Below are positions 1 to 8,645 of a stretch of 64,000 nt of DNA, piece by piece; positions within the stretch are counted from its first letter, which is position 1; each line of letters begins with the position of its first letter. Position numbers and translations under genes: made by a program. The stretch is from Gemmatales bacterium. GTDB lineage: Bacteria > Planctomycetota > Planctomycetia > Gemmatales > HRBIN36. The notes beneath the pieces were generated by a model, which worked only from the letters and a program-made list of their open reading frames with translations, had not been told where the DNA came from and searched no databases. The stretch is taken from positions 52,834 to 116,833 of the forward strand of contig JANWWR010000132.1 of the NCBI GenBank assembly GCA_025055835.1. The letters run 5' to 3'.

Positions 1-125
1 TTGGCGAAGCAGGCTCCGGTCCAGACGTCGCAGGTCCGGGCTTCGACGTACTGCCCACTCAGTTCCGCCGCCTGCAACGATGCCGCCAGGAAAACGCATG
101 CCACAGCGCTGATGATCGTTCGCAT
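1..125 (-). CDS. hypothetical secreted protein, N-terminal fragment (gene runs off the left edge)
   Basis: Too short to appear in the ORF track. Reverse-strand ATG at 125-123, with GGAGG (rc of 133-137) 7 nt upstream. Translates to MRTIISAVACVFLAASLQAAELSGQYVEARTCDVWTGACFA, a typical signal peptide with an AxA-like cleavage site. Confidence 0.5.
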   Translation of the reverse strand, partial: MRTIISAVACVFLAASLQAAELSGQYVEARTCDVWTGACFA

Positions 126-294
126 GGCCATTCCTCCAAGGAACCTACAAGGCGGGAAACGATCCACTCGTCATTGTGGACCAAGCAGGGATTTCAGTCA
201 AGACGCTATCTTTTGCCAGCGTCAGACGAATCGTGAGTGGATATGAGGCTTCGATGAGGTTCCTGCATTTGAGGGACTACTTCGATTCAGACTG

Positions 295-1344
295 ATGTCG
301 GCAACCGCTTTTCCCGTTGCCTTGCGGACGCGATCGGGTTCAATAATCCACATGAGCCAACCCCCGTATTTCGTCGGCATTGATGTCGGCGGGCAGACGA
401 TCAAGGGCGGCGTGGTGGACGACCTCGGCCATGCTCTCAGTTCCGTAAGTGTGCCAACTGAAGCGGCCAAGGGGCAGGAGCACGGCCTGGGCCAGATGTG
501 CGAGGCCGTTCGCCGAGCCGTTGCTACCAGCGGTCTGCGGCTCGACGACATCGCCGCCATCGGCGTCGCCACGCCGGGAACGATGGACATCCCTGCTGGC
601 ATCATCCTTGACCCCCCCAATCTGCGTCCGTGGAAAAACGTGCCGGTCCGCCAGCACATCGCGGACACTTTCGGCAAACCGACCGCCTTCCAGAACGACG
701 CCAATGCCGCCGCCTTCGGCGAATACTGGGTCGGGGCTGGACGAGAAGCCAAAAGCATGGTTCTGTTCACGCTCGGCACCGGCATCGGCTGTGGCATCAT
801 CATTCACGATCAGGTGCTCGAAGGGCAGCACAGCCACGGAGCGGAGGTCGGCCATATCATCGTCGAAGCGACCAACGGCCGGATGTGCGGCTGCGGTCAG
901 CCGGGACATCTCGAAGCCTACGCCAGCGCGACCGCCGTTGTGAAGCGGACTCGGGAGGCCCTGGAACAGCCCGGCCTGACGTCCTGCCTTTCGGAGGTAC
1001 TCAAGGTGCAGGGAGACCTGACGGCCCGAGACGTCTTCGATGCCGCTCGGGACGGTGACTCCCTGGCTCAGCGGATCGTCGAGGAAACTGCCTATTACCT
1101 GGCCGTCGGAGCCGTCTGCATGATGCACACCATTGACCCGGACATGGTCGTGTTCGGCGGCGGCATGATCGCGGCGGGGGAAGAGTTCCTCGACCGCATT
1201 CGACACCACATTCGCCGCATGGCCTTTCCGGTTCCTGCCGAGCGAACCGCCGTCTGCTACGCGAAACTCGGCACCGACGCCGGCTTCATCGGAGCAGCGG
1301 CCTGTGCCCGGCAACTCTATCAGCGCCTTGCGGCAGCCAAATAG
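295..1344 (+). CDS. ROK-family sugar kinase (glucokinase-like)
   Basis: 349-aa ORF. ATPase phosphate-1 motif FVGIDVGGQTIKGG and ROK zinc motif GRMCGCGQPGHLEAY. An alternative start at ATG 352 gives MSQPPYFVGIDVGG. Confidence 0.85.
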   Translation: MSATAFPVALRTRSGSIIHMSQPPYFVGIDVGGQTIKGGVVDDLGHALSSVSVPTEAAKGQEHGLGQMCEAVRRAVATSGLRLDDIAAIGVATPGTMDIPAGIILDPPNLRPWKNVPVRQHIADTFGKPTAFQNDANAAAFGEYWVGAGREAKSMVLFTLGTGIGCGIIIHDQVLEGQHSHGAEVGHIIVEATNGRMCGCGQPGHLEAYASATAVVKRTREALEQPGLTSCLSEVLKVQGDLTARDVFDAARDGDSLAQRIVEETAYYLAVGAVCMMHTIDPDMVVFGGGMIAAGEEFLDRIRHHIRRMAFPVPAERTAVCYAKLGTDAGFIGAAACARQLYQRLAAAK

Positions 1345-1474
1345 GCCAAAAAAATTTTGATCCGAGGCGAGACCTGGACGCTTCCCTGTCCGATGAAATA
1401 CTCAGATCCAATCGGCGACCCGGGCCACCTCGCCACGAATTGGCCGGACGTCGCCAGAAAGGTTGCGCCAGAAC

Positions 1475-2230
1475 ATGCGTTTCTACGAAATGACCTGGCC
1501 CGTTCTGCGGCAGGTTTCCCGAGAGGATGTCCTCATTCTTGTTCCCATTGCCGCTTGCGAGCAACACGGCCGCCACCTGCCGATATTCACCGACTCGATT
1601 CTTGTCACCGCGGTGGCGGAGGGGATCGAGAAGCACCTGTCCGACAAGGTCCTGCTGCTCCCTACCTTTTGGCTTGGAGCCAGTCATCATCATCTGCCCT
1701 TCGGGGCGACGCTCAGCCTTCAGGCAGATTTTCACGCTCAGGTTTTGGCGGAACTGTTGCGGCCCCTGCTGGATGACGGCTACCGGCGGATTCTGGTGCT
1801 CAATGGCCACGGCGGCAACATCGATACCATGCACGTCGCCCTGCGTCGGCTCCATCCCGAATATCGCCACTGCTTGCTGACGGGGGCGTCCTATTGGGAA
1901 CTGGCTCATGACGAACTGGCGGCATTGGCGGAAGGACCGCGGAAAATCATGGGCCATGCCTGCGAATTTGAGACCTCGATGATTCTGGCCTTGCGTCCCG
2001 ACCTGGTTCGCCAGGACGAAATCCGCGACGACGGCCTGCCCGAAGATCCCCGTCTTCGGGGTCTGTTCACCTCGGAAGACATGGCCCAGCGGACTCGCCG
2101 GGGCGTGTACGGCCATCCCGAACGGGCCTCCGCCGAGAAGGGTCGTCGCATGCTCGACGCCGTGATCGGTCGCTGCGTCGAAGTCGTCGAAGCCCTGCTC
2201 GCCAAGCCGCTGCCCACCTCCGGCTTGTGA
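1475..2230 (+). CDS. creatininase-family amidohydrolase
   Basis: Motifs LILVPIAACEQHGRHLP and RILVLNGHGGN are typical of the creatinine amidohydrolase family. ATG 1475 is preferred over TTG 1463, which abuts the GAAAGG RBS. Confidence 0.8.
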   Translation: MRFYEMTWPVLRQVSREDVLILVPIAACEQHGRHLPIFTDSILVTAVAEGIEKHLSDKVLLLPTFWLGASHHHLPFGATLSLQADFHAQVLAELLRPLLDDGYRRILVLNGHGGNIDTMHVALRRLHPEYRHCLLTGASYWELAHDELAALAEGPRKIMGHACEFETSMILALRPDLVRQDEIRDDGLPEDPRLRGLFTSEDMAQRTRRGVYGHPERASAEKGRRMLDAVIGRCVEVVEALLAKPLPTSGL

Positions 2231-2272
2231 GCCGACTCGGCATATCGCCGCCGTTGCCGTTTCTGTTTCGCG

Positions 2273-2278
2273 TATAAT
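2273..2278 (+). promoter_or_regulatory. candidate -10 box (TATAAT) upstream of der
   Basis: Perfect TATAAT in GC-rich intergenic DNA, 88 nt upstream of the der ATG. I found no convincing -35. Confidence 0.25.
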
Positions 2279-2365
2279 CTCCGTACCGCGAATCGTGCCC
2301 AAAGTACGCGGACTTGTGTTCCTGCCGTTGCGAGTCGCTGCTTTGTCGCCAGTTGGAGGTGTCCG

Positions 2366-3829
2366 ATGCCGGTTCCCAAGGTTGCCATCGTCGGTCGCCC
2401 CAACGTTGGGAAGTCGTCCATCTTTAACTGGCTGGCCGGCCGCACCATCGCCATCGTCGAGCCGACCGCCGGCGTGACCCGGGACCGGCTGAGCACGCTG
2501 ATTTCGCACCACGACCGCTACTTCGAGATCATCGACACCGGCGGCATGGGCATCGCCGACGTGGACAACCTCACCGCCGAGGTCGAAAGGCAGATCGAAG
2601 CCGCCCTCCGGGAAGCTGATGCGATTCTGTTCGTCGTCGATGCTCGGGAAGGCGTTGTGCCGCTCGATGATCACGTCGCCCAGCGCTTGCGGCCCTTCGG
2701 CAAGCCGATCCTCGTCGTGGCCAATAAAGCTGACGTGCCTGCGCTGGACATCTCGGCTCAGGAAGCATATCGGCTCGGTTTTAAGGACGTGCTGTGCGTC
2801 AGCGCGCATCAGAATCGGAACAAGCAGGAACTGCTCGATTGGATTGTCGCCCACCTGCCGCCCTCCGAGGTCGACACCGCTCCGCCCCAGACCGACCTGA
2901 AACTGGCCATCGTCGGCCGTCGCAACACCGGCAAGAGCACCTTCATCAACAGCCTCGCCCAGGCCGAGCGGGTCATCGTCAGCGAGGTACCCGGCACGAC
3001 GCGGGACAGCATTGACGTCCGCATCGAACGGGACGGCAAAACGATTTTGGCCATCGACACCGCCGGCGTCCGCAAGAAGTCGAGCATCGCCAATTCCATC
3101 GAGTTCTACAGTCTGGCTCGGGCCGAGCGGTCCATTCGCCGGGCCGATGTCGTCCTCCTGTTCTTCGACCCGACCCAGCCGGTCAGCCGGGTGGACAAGC
3201 AGTTGGCGGAATACATCATCGAGAACCACAAACCGGCCATTTTCGTGGTCAACAAATGGGACCTGATGAAACCGATGCCCACCGGCCAATGGGCGGAGTA
3301 TCTGCGCAAGACGTTTCCGAGTCTGGACTACGTTCCCATCGCGTTCATCACGGCCAAGCAGGGACGGAACGTGTTCCGGGTCGTCAATCTCGCTCAGAAT
3401 CTGCACAAGCAGGCTGGGGCACGGGTGCCGACGAGTCGGTTGAACCGCGTCGTCCAGGAAGCCGTGGAACGCCAGGCGCCGCCGGTCCGGCACAACCGCA
3501 CCCCACGCATCTATTTCGCCACACAGGTCGGCACCCACCCGCCGACGATCGTCTTGTTTACCAATGGTCCGGAACTGTTCGATAAGCCGTACCTCCGCTA
3601 CCTGCTGAAATGGTTCCGCGATCATCTGCCGTTTGCGGAAGTGCCGATCCGATTGCTCCTGCGGGACAAACACGCTCCGAGCAAGTCGGCCGTGGACATG
3701 GAACATCTCGAAGAGGCTGTTTCTGAACGTCGGGCCAAGATAGAGATGGAAGCCGAAGGGGCGTCTCTGGAACCCCGCAAGCGCAAGAAAAAGGCTGCGA
3801 CCCGGCCCGACGTGTGGCGGGACGTGTGA
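2366..3829 (+). CDS. der: ribosome-associated GTPase Der/EngA
   Basis: Two tandem GTPase domains (IVGRPNVGKSS and IVGRRNTGKST with DTAG/NKxD motifs) plus a KH-like C-terminus. GGAGG RBS upstream of the ATG. Confidence 0.95.
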   Translation: MPVPKVAIVGRPNVGKSSIFNWLAGRTIAIVEPTAGVTRDRLSTLISHHDRYFEIIDTGGMGIADVDNLTAEVERQIEAALREADAILFVVDAREGVVPLDDHVAQRLRPFGKPILVVANKADVPALDISAQEAYRLGFKDVLCVSAHQNRNKQELLDWIVAHLPPSEVDTAPPQTDLKLAIVGRRNTGKSTFINSLAQAERVIVSEVPGTTRDSIDVRIERDGKTILAIDTAGVRKKSSIANSIEFYSLARAERSIRRADVVLLFFDPTQPVSRVDKQLAEYIIENHKPAIFVVNKWDLMKPMPTGQWAEYLRKTFPSLDYVPIAFITAKQGRNVFRVVNLAQNLHKQAGARVPTSRLNRVVQEAVERQAPPVRHNRTPRIYFATQVGTHPPTIVLFTNGPELFDKPYLRYLLKWFRDHLPFAEVPIRLLLRDKHAPSKSAVDMEHLEEAVSERRAKIEMEAEGASLEPRKRKKKAATRPDVWRDV

Positions 3830-3851
3830 TTGCTGCCGGAGGGGGTTGGCG

Positions 3852-4337
3852 ATGGCGGTCGTCATCCGCGTACTATGGCTGATTCTGGCCGTAAGTTCAG
3901 GAGTGCTTGCGATTTTCGTTCCGCCGGCTTCTTCCCAGGACAGGCAACCGCCCCGACTGGAGACCTTCCGCGGCAAAATCATCTCGGTCAACGACCGGCT
4001 CAAAAAACTGGGAGTGGCCCTCGATCCCGATGCCGGTCTGCACCTCGCTTTGGAGACCGACAAAGGCGAAGTTCTTCCGCTCTTGCGGGATTCCGGAAGT
4101 CTCATGTTCTTCCGGGACAACCGCTTGCTTGACAGGCCGATCGAAGCCCGGGCTCGGCTTTTGCCAGGAACGGGACTGTTGCAGATCATTTCGTTTCACG
4201 CTCTGAAGGATGGCCAACGCTTCGAAGTTTTTTACTGGTGCGAAACTTGCGCCATTAAACGGCTTTACCTGGAAAAGACTGGCGTCTGCGAATGCTGCGG
4301 CGGGGTCATGGAATTGCGAGAGAGTCCGGTGCCGTAA
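3852..4337 (+). CDS. small secreted protein with C-terminal Cys-rich (zinc-ribbon-like) motif
   Basis: Signal-like N-terminus VVIRVLWLILAVSSGVLAIFVPPASSQ. The C-terminus is YWCETCAIKRLYLEKTGVCECCGG. ATG 3852 lies after a GGAGGGGG RBS. No family recognised. Confidence 0.6.
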   Translation: MAVVIRVLWLILAVSSGVLAIFVPPASSQDRQPPRLETFRGKIISVNDRLKKLGVALDPDAGLHLALETDKGEVLPLLRDSGSLMFFRDNRLLDRPIEARARLLPGTGLLQIISFHALKDGQRFEVFYWCETCAIKRLYLEKTGVCECCGGVMELRESPVP

Positions 4338-4348
4338 GGCGGGCGGAC

Positions 4349-4368
4349 CGGCCAGCTTACGCTGGCCG
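4349..4368 (+). terminator. hairpin after the 3852-4337 gene
   Basis: CGGCCAGC-ttac-GCTGGCCG: 8-bp perfect stem, 4-nt loop, starting 12 nt after the stop codon. No U-tract follows. Confidence 0.35.
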
Positions 4369-4417
4369 CTCGCAGGGGAAAGCCGCTCGCCGGGGAAAAG
4401 TCGCTCGCCGAGGGAAA
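4365..4417. repeat. 3 tandem copies of a 17-18 bp unit G(C/T)CGCTCGC(C)RGGGGAAA
   Basis: Copies are gccgctcgcaggggaaa (4365-4381), gccgctcgccggggaaaa (4382-4399) and gtcgctcgccgagggaaa (4400-4417). Confidence 0.85.
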
Positions 4418-4438
4418 TTGCCGCTTACTATAGGGCCG

Positions 4439-4600
4439 TTTCGCGCAACATTTTTTCGCATGTTTCGCCGAGGTTCCCCAGGCACCCGTCCCGATTGCGG
4501 GAAATACACAAATCCAATATTTATAAAGGCTTGCAACTTTCGTGTTCGTCTGCCCGGGAAATGCTGCGCCATCATTCTTCGGCCATTTTCGCGCAACATT
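4439..4600. repeat. two copies of the 14-bp exact motif TTTCGCGCAACATT, 148 bp apart
   Basis: Copies at 4439-4452 and 4587-4600. The flanks are also similar (ggcc..tttcgcgcaacatt..tcgc). They bracket an A/T-rich patch (aaatacacaaatccaatatttataaagg). Confidence 0.75.
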
Positions 4601-4856
4601 CTCGCTCGTTGATCCAATGTGCTGATTCCCAGCGGATTCTGAGTCCCAAAGTCCGCCCAGTTCTCTGCTTCCAAGCCACCAGACTGCCAGTGTAACGCAG
4701 CATGATTCAGCCGCTAAGGGAAGTCGGACAAGCCGTTGAGGCGATTCGTGCAATCGGCGTAAGTTGCAGCCAATTAGTCAAGTACGTCCGCACCTGGAAG
4801 GCTTGCGAGGGCACTGGGGCGGTGTACGGAAGGCCTCATCCCGCCGCAGGGTCGGC

Positions 4857-4885
4857 TTGACAGTCGATGGCACTTGCTCTATTCC
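4857..4885 (+). promoter_or_regulatory. candidate sigma70-type promoter for bamA
   Basis: Perfect TTGACA at 4857-4862, a 17-nt spacer, then a weak -10 TATTCC at 4880-4885. It lies about 80 nt upstream of ATG 4964. Confidence 0.25.
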
Positions 4886-4963
4886 GCCCGCTCTTCACGG
4901 TACCCGCACAGGCCTGAAAAGCTCCGACCGAGGAATGGGGCTTCGCCAGGATCGGGACCGAGA

Positions 4964-7333
4964 ATGCAACCTCATAGCAGGAAACTACTTATGGCAGGGA
5001 CTGCGGATGTTGCGCTGGGATTGCGGCGAATCGCCGTCCTGATCGGCCTGCTGGTGGTCGGCTGGACTGTCGCACCCGCTTCCGCTCAGGCCCCGGACGT
5101 GCTGGTCGCCTCGGTCCGCGTCGAAGGGGCCCGCCGCTATCCCGAAGCCCGCATCCTCAACGAAATCAAGACCCGCGCCGGTCAACCCTTCCGTCCCGAC
5201 GTGCTTCGAGAAGACATCCGCAAGCTGGACGCCACACAGCGGTACGTCTTGGTCAAAGCCGAGCAAAACCCGACGCCGGAGGGCATCGAAGTCATCATCC
5301 GCGTCGTCGAACGAGCCACGATCCAGGAAGTCGTTTATGAAGGGGCCAAGCATCTGACGCGAGAGGAACTGGAAACCATCACCGGGCTTCGCCGCGGCTC
5401 GCCGATGTCCGTCGCCCTGGTCCGTCGGGCCGCTCAGGCCATCGAAAAGAAGTACCACACTGAACTGGGCCGGCTCATGGCCAGCGTTGAGATCGTCGAA
5501 GGCGACAAGGAAGAGGACACCCGCGTCGTCTTCCGCATCACCGAAGGCCCGGTGGTCCGGGTGCGGGACATCCGCTTTGAGGGAAACAACTTCGTCAGCG
5601 CAGCCCGGCTCAAGACACAGATCGAGTCCAGCGAACGGTTCCTGGGCTTCGGCGGTCGCTACATCCCGCCCATGCTCGAACACGACATCAACAAGTTGAT
5701 CGAGTACTACAAGACCTTCGGCTTCTTCGATGTGAAGATCCATTACGAGAAACGCTGGAACCCGGGCTATGACAGTATCGACATCGTGATCGTCATTGAT
5801 GAAGGGGTTCGCTACCTCGTTCAGGATGTGCAGGTGGCGGGCAACGGCAAGCTCGATCCGGAAATTCTGCTGGCCAAGAACAAGCTGGAAAAAGGCAAGC
5901 CATTCGATGGCCGGGAGATGCAGGCCAGTCTGCGGCAGATTCAGGACGAGTACGGGCGGCGGGGCTACGTCTCGACCCGAGTCACGCCGGACCTGCGCTT
6001 CACCGAGGAACCCGGCAACGTCACCGTGGTCTATCAGGTGACGGAAGGTCCGCCGGCTCGTGTCGGCCAAATCTTCATCGTCGGCAACACGGTGACCAAG
6101 GACAACGTCATCCGCCGCCAATTGCAGGTGTATCCTGGCCAGATTCTGAGCACGCCGGACCTGCGGATCAGCGAGCGGAATCTGGCCCGGCTGAACATTT
6201 TCAAGGTCGATCCGGCCCAGGGCATCGCCCCGACCGTGACGGTGCTCGACCCGGACAGCGACTCGGAATTCAAGGACATTCTCGTCCAGGTCGAAGAGGA
6301 CCGCACGGGCAGTCTGCTGGTTGGCATGGGCATCAACTCGGATGCTGGTGCCACGGCCAGCATCGTGCTCAACGAGCGGAACTTCGACATTTTCGGCTTT
6401 CCACGCAGCTGGGAAGACATCTGGGCGAATCGGGCGTTCCGCGGGGCAGGGCAGGAGTTCCGGGCGGAGATCGTCCCCGGCACCCTGGTCAACCGCTTCG
6501 TCGTCAGTTTCCGCGAGCCGTTCCTGTTCGACACGCCGAACAGCTTCGGCACCAGCGGTTACTACTACACCCGCATTTTCAACGAGTACAACGAGCGCCG
6601 CGGCGGTGGTCGAGTCACCCTGGGACGTCGGCTCAACAACAAGTGGATGGCCAGCATCGCCTTCCGGGCCGAGGACGTGGAGGTGACCGACTTCCCGTTC
6701 TGGGCACCGGCGGTCTATCAGGAAGCCCGCGGACACAACACGGTGCTGGCACCTCGGGTCGCTGTGACCCGGGACACGCGCGATTCGTTCCTCCGACCGA
6801 CCGAGGGCAATTTCCTGGAAGTCGGCTTAGAGTACGGCTTTGGCGACTTCAACTTCCCCGTGTTCACCATCGAGGACAGCCAGTATTTCACGTTGTACCA
6901 GCGCCCCGACGGCAGTGGTCGGCACGTCCTGGCCTTCCGCGGCATGGTCGGCATCGCCGGTGACGACACGCCGGTGTTCGAACGCTTCTTCGCCGGTGGT
7001 TTCCGAACGCTGCGCGGCTTCGAGTTCCGCGGCGTCGGTCCGGAACAGTTCGGCTTCAAGACCGGCGGACGCTTTCAACTACTGGGCAGCGTCGAGTATC
7101 AGATACCCATTCTGGCCAATGATAATGTCTATGCCGTGGTCTTCAGTGACTTCGGCACGGTCGAGGAGAACATCGAGATCAACGACGTGCGCGTCAGCGT
7201 CGGCGGCGGCTTGCGGTTGATCGTCCCCATGTTCGGACCGGTTCCCATCGCCCTGGACTGGGCCTATCCGGTGGTCAAGACGGATTTCGACGACCGCCAA
7301 ATCTTCAGCTTCTGGGTTGGTTTCTTCCGCTGA
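4964..7333 (+). CDS. bamA: outer membrane protein assembly factor BamA
   Basis: Signal/TM segment IAVLIGLLVVGWTVAPASAQA, repeated POTRA-like modules, and a C-terminal Omp85 barrel with the conserved GGFRTLRGFEFRGVGP loop motif. The start is uncertain (ATG 4964 or 4991; the ORF opens at TTG 4874). Confidence 0.9.
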   Translation: MQPHSRKLLMAGTADVALGLRRIAVLIGLLVVGWTVAPASAQAPDVLVASVRVEGARRYPEARILNEIKTRAGQPFRPDVLREDIRKLDATQRYVLVKAEQNPTPEGIEVIIRVVERATIQEVVYEGAKHLTREELETITGLRRGSPMSVALVRRAAQAIEKKYHTELGRLMASVEIVEGDKEEDTRVVFRITEGPVVRVRDIRFEGNNFVSAARLKTQIESSERFLGFGGRYIPPMLEHDINKLIEYYKTFGFFDVKIHYEKRWNPGYDSIDIVIVIDEGVRYLVQDVQVAGNGKLDPEILLAKNKLEKGKPFDGREMQASLRQIQDEYGRRGYVSTRVTPDLRFTEEPGNVTVVYQVTEGPPARVGQIFIVGNTVTKDNVIRRQLQVYPGQILSTPDLRISERNLARLNIFKVDPAQGIAPTVTVLDPDSDSEFKDILVQVEEDRTGSLLVGMGINSDAGATASIVLNERNFDIFGFPRSWEDIWANRAFRGAGQEFRAEIVPGTLVNRFVVSFREPFLFDTPNSFGTSGYYYTRIFNEYNERRGGGRVTLGRRLNNKWMASIAFRAEDVEVTDFPFWAPAVYQEARGHNTVLAPRVAVTRDTRDSFLRPTEGNFLEVGLEYGFGDFNFPVFTIEDSQYFTLYQRPDGSGRHVLAFRGMVGIAGDDTPVFERFFAGGFRTLRGFEFRGVGPEQFGFKTGGRFQLLGSVEYQIPILANDNVYAVVFSDFGTVEENIEINDVRVSVGGGLRLIVPMFGPVPIALDWAYPVVKTDFDDRQIFSFWVGFFR

Positions 7334-7347
7334 TCGTCGGGAATCGC

Positions 7348-7881
7348 CTAAGGTTGCGGCGGCTTTCCGGACGGCTCGTCCTTCTTGTCGGAATCGGAGG
7401 CGGGCTTGTCTTCGGTCTTGGGCACCTGCCCCGGGGGCGGAGGCGGCAGCGGTGGTGCGCCGATGATGCTGAATCGGGGCCGACGTGGCTGGGAAGCCTC
7501 GGGAGATGGGCTGCCTCGTTCGCTGGAGCCTGCCTTGGATTCCTCAGAAGCCGAGGGCGGTTGGGCTGGGTTCCCTGGAGCGTCGTCGGGTTTCTTTTCG
7601 TCGGCTGCTTTGCTGTCGCCGCTTTGGGATGTGGAGCCGACATCCTCGGACGGTTTGGACGGGTCGGTGGTGGGTGGCTGGGGCAGCGTGAGCCTTCCCG
7701 GGGCTGCGGTGATGCCGACAGGTTGACCCGGGTAGAGCGTGGTGTCCCGGGGCGGACGCACGTCTTCCAGATCGGGCCGCAACAGCAACAGCAGGATTCC
7801 CAGGACGACCAGAATCGCCGCCATGCCGCTGCCGCCGACCCGCAACAGGGACCATCCGCCGCCGAATTCTTCCTGGGTCAT
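7348..7881 (-). CDS. membrane-anchored proline-rich protein
   Basis: One TM segment (MAAILVVLGILLLLL) followed by a low-complexity P/S/E/K-rich tail. GC-rich third codon positions favour this frame over the overlapping plus-strand ORFs. Confidence 0.6.
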   Translation of the reverse strand: MTQEEFGGGWSLLRVGGSGMAAILVVLGILLLLLRPDLEDVRPPRDTTLYPGQPVGITAAPGRLTLPQPPTTDPSKPSEDVGSTSQSGDSKAADEKKPDDAPGNPAQPPSASEESKAGSSERGSPSPEASQPRRPRFSIIGAPPLPPPPPGQVPKTEDKPASDSDKKDEPSGKPPQP

Positions 7882-8030
7882 CGCTGTTTCCTCACGGGAC
7901 CCTCTCGACTGGTCCGAAACTATCGTGCTTGGCGAACAGGAAATGCAGGCAATGGGCGTAAGCTAACCTTTCCGTAGCGAAGCTGCAAGAGGCCCAGCGC
8001 GCTTTCGTCCGGCTTTGGCAAGCGAGACGG

Positions 8031-8059
8031 TTTACGGTTCGTGTCCGGGTATTTATACT
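8031..8059 (+). promoter_or_regulatory. candidate sigma70-type promoter
   Basis: TTTACG (8031-8036), 17-nt spacer, TATACT (8054-8059). About 75 nt upstream of ATG 8135. Confidence 0.35.
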
Positions 8060-8134
8060 CCGGCGGTTGTCTGGCATCGCCGAGCCTAGGCGGGCGGAAG
8101 TTTACGCGGCGTGTCTCATTTCAAGGAGATTCCC

Positions 8135-8524
8135 ATGGCCGAAGCACATCGCAACGGGGTCGTGACTCGCCTCGACGAAGACCAGGCCCGACGCCTCATC
8201 AGCCGCGTCCTGGCCAGGCTCCTGGCCCGCGGTTCCTGCACGATCCGCGTCCGGCGGCTGGCGGACGAAGACCGGCTGACGTTTCTGGGCGGCAGCGGAA
8301 ATCACTGGCAGTTCGACGAGACGATGGAGTACCACGGGGCGGCAGCGCGGCAGATCGCCGAAACCCTGCGAGCCGTCGGTCCCAAACGCGGCAAGGACAT
8401 GCACATCCAGATGCACACCAACGGCAACCGCGAGGACATCACCATCGGCTTCCACAAAGAGGCCGTGACACAGCATCGTCACTGCCTCGCCGACTACGTC
8501 ATGGGTCAATTGTTCTGGGACTGA
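8135..8524 (+). CDS. hypothetical protein (129 aa)
   Basis: ATG 8135 lies 6 nt after AAGGAG (8123-8128). No recognisable motif and no TM or signal sequence. Confidence 0.6.
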   Translation: MAEAHRNGVVTRLDEDQARRLISRVLARLLARGSCTIRVRRLADEDRLTFLGGSGNHWQFDETMEYHGAAARQIAETLRAVGPKRGKDMHIQMHTNGNREDITIGFHKEAVTQHRHCLADYVMGQLFWD

Positions 8525-8645
8525 CCTGCTTCAACCCGCTGGCTGACCCGCGGACCTGGACCTAACATGAGGGCGGAGGACGTGGCGGTTGGCAGGCCGC
8601 CGTCCACGATTCTTACCCGTGCGTGGTGCGGTCCGAGGTGGGCTT

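Noticed and set aside
1286-4189. 967-aa minus-strand ORF spanning three annotated genes
   Set aside because: It is antisense to the creatininase-family gene, der and the small secreted protein, all of which have clear family motifs. The translation is Arg/Gly/Pro-rich low-complexity, typical of shadow ORFs in GC-rich DNA.
4420-4860. Housekeeping ncRNA (RNase P, tmRNA, SRP RNA, 6S) in the long der-bamA spacer
   Set aside because: I could not find the conserved cores. These are GAGGAAAGUCC for RNase P, a tRNA-like GGUUCGA..CCA end for tmRNA, and the GGAA-tetraloop helix-8 motif for SRP. The question is left open in a finding rather than called.
4868-4878. TGGCAC...TTGC as a sigma54 promoter upstream of bamA
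   Set aside because: TGGCAC is directly abutted by TTGCT. The required GG-N10-GC spacing is not met.
4985-6736. 583-aa minus-strand ORF
   Set aside because: It is antisense to bamA. There are no motifs, and it is a GC-rich shadow frame.
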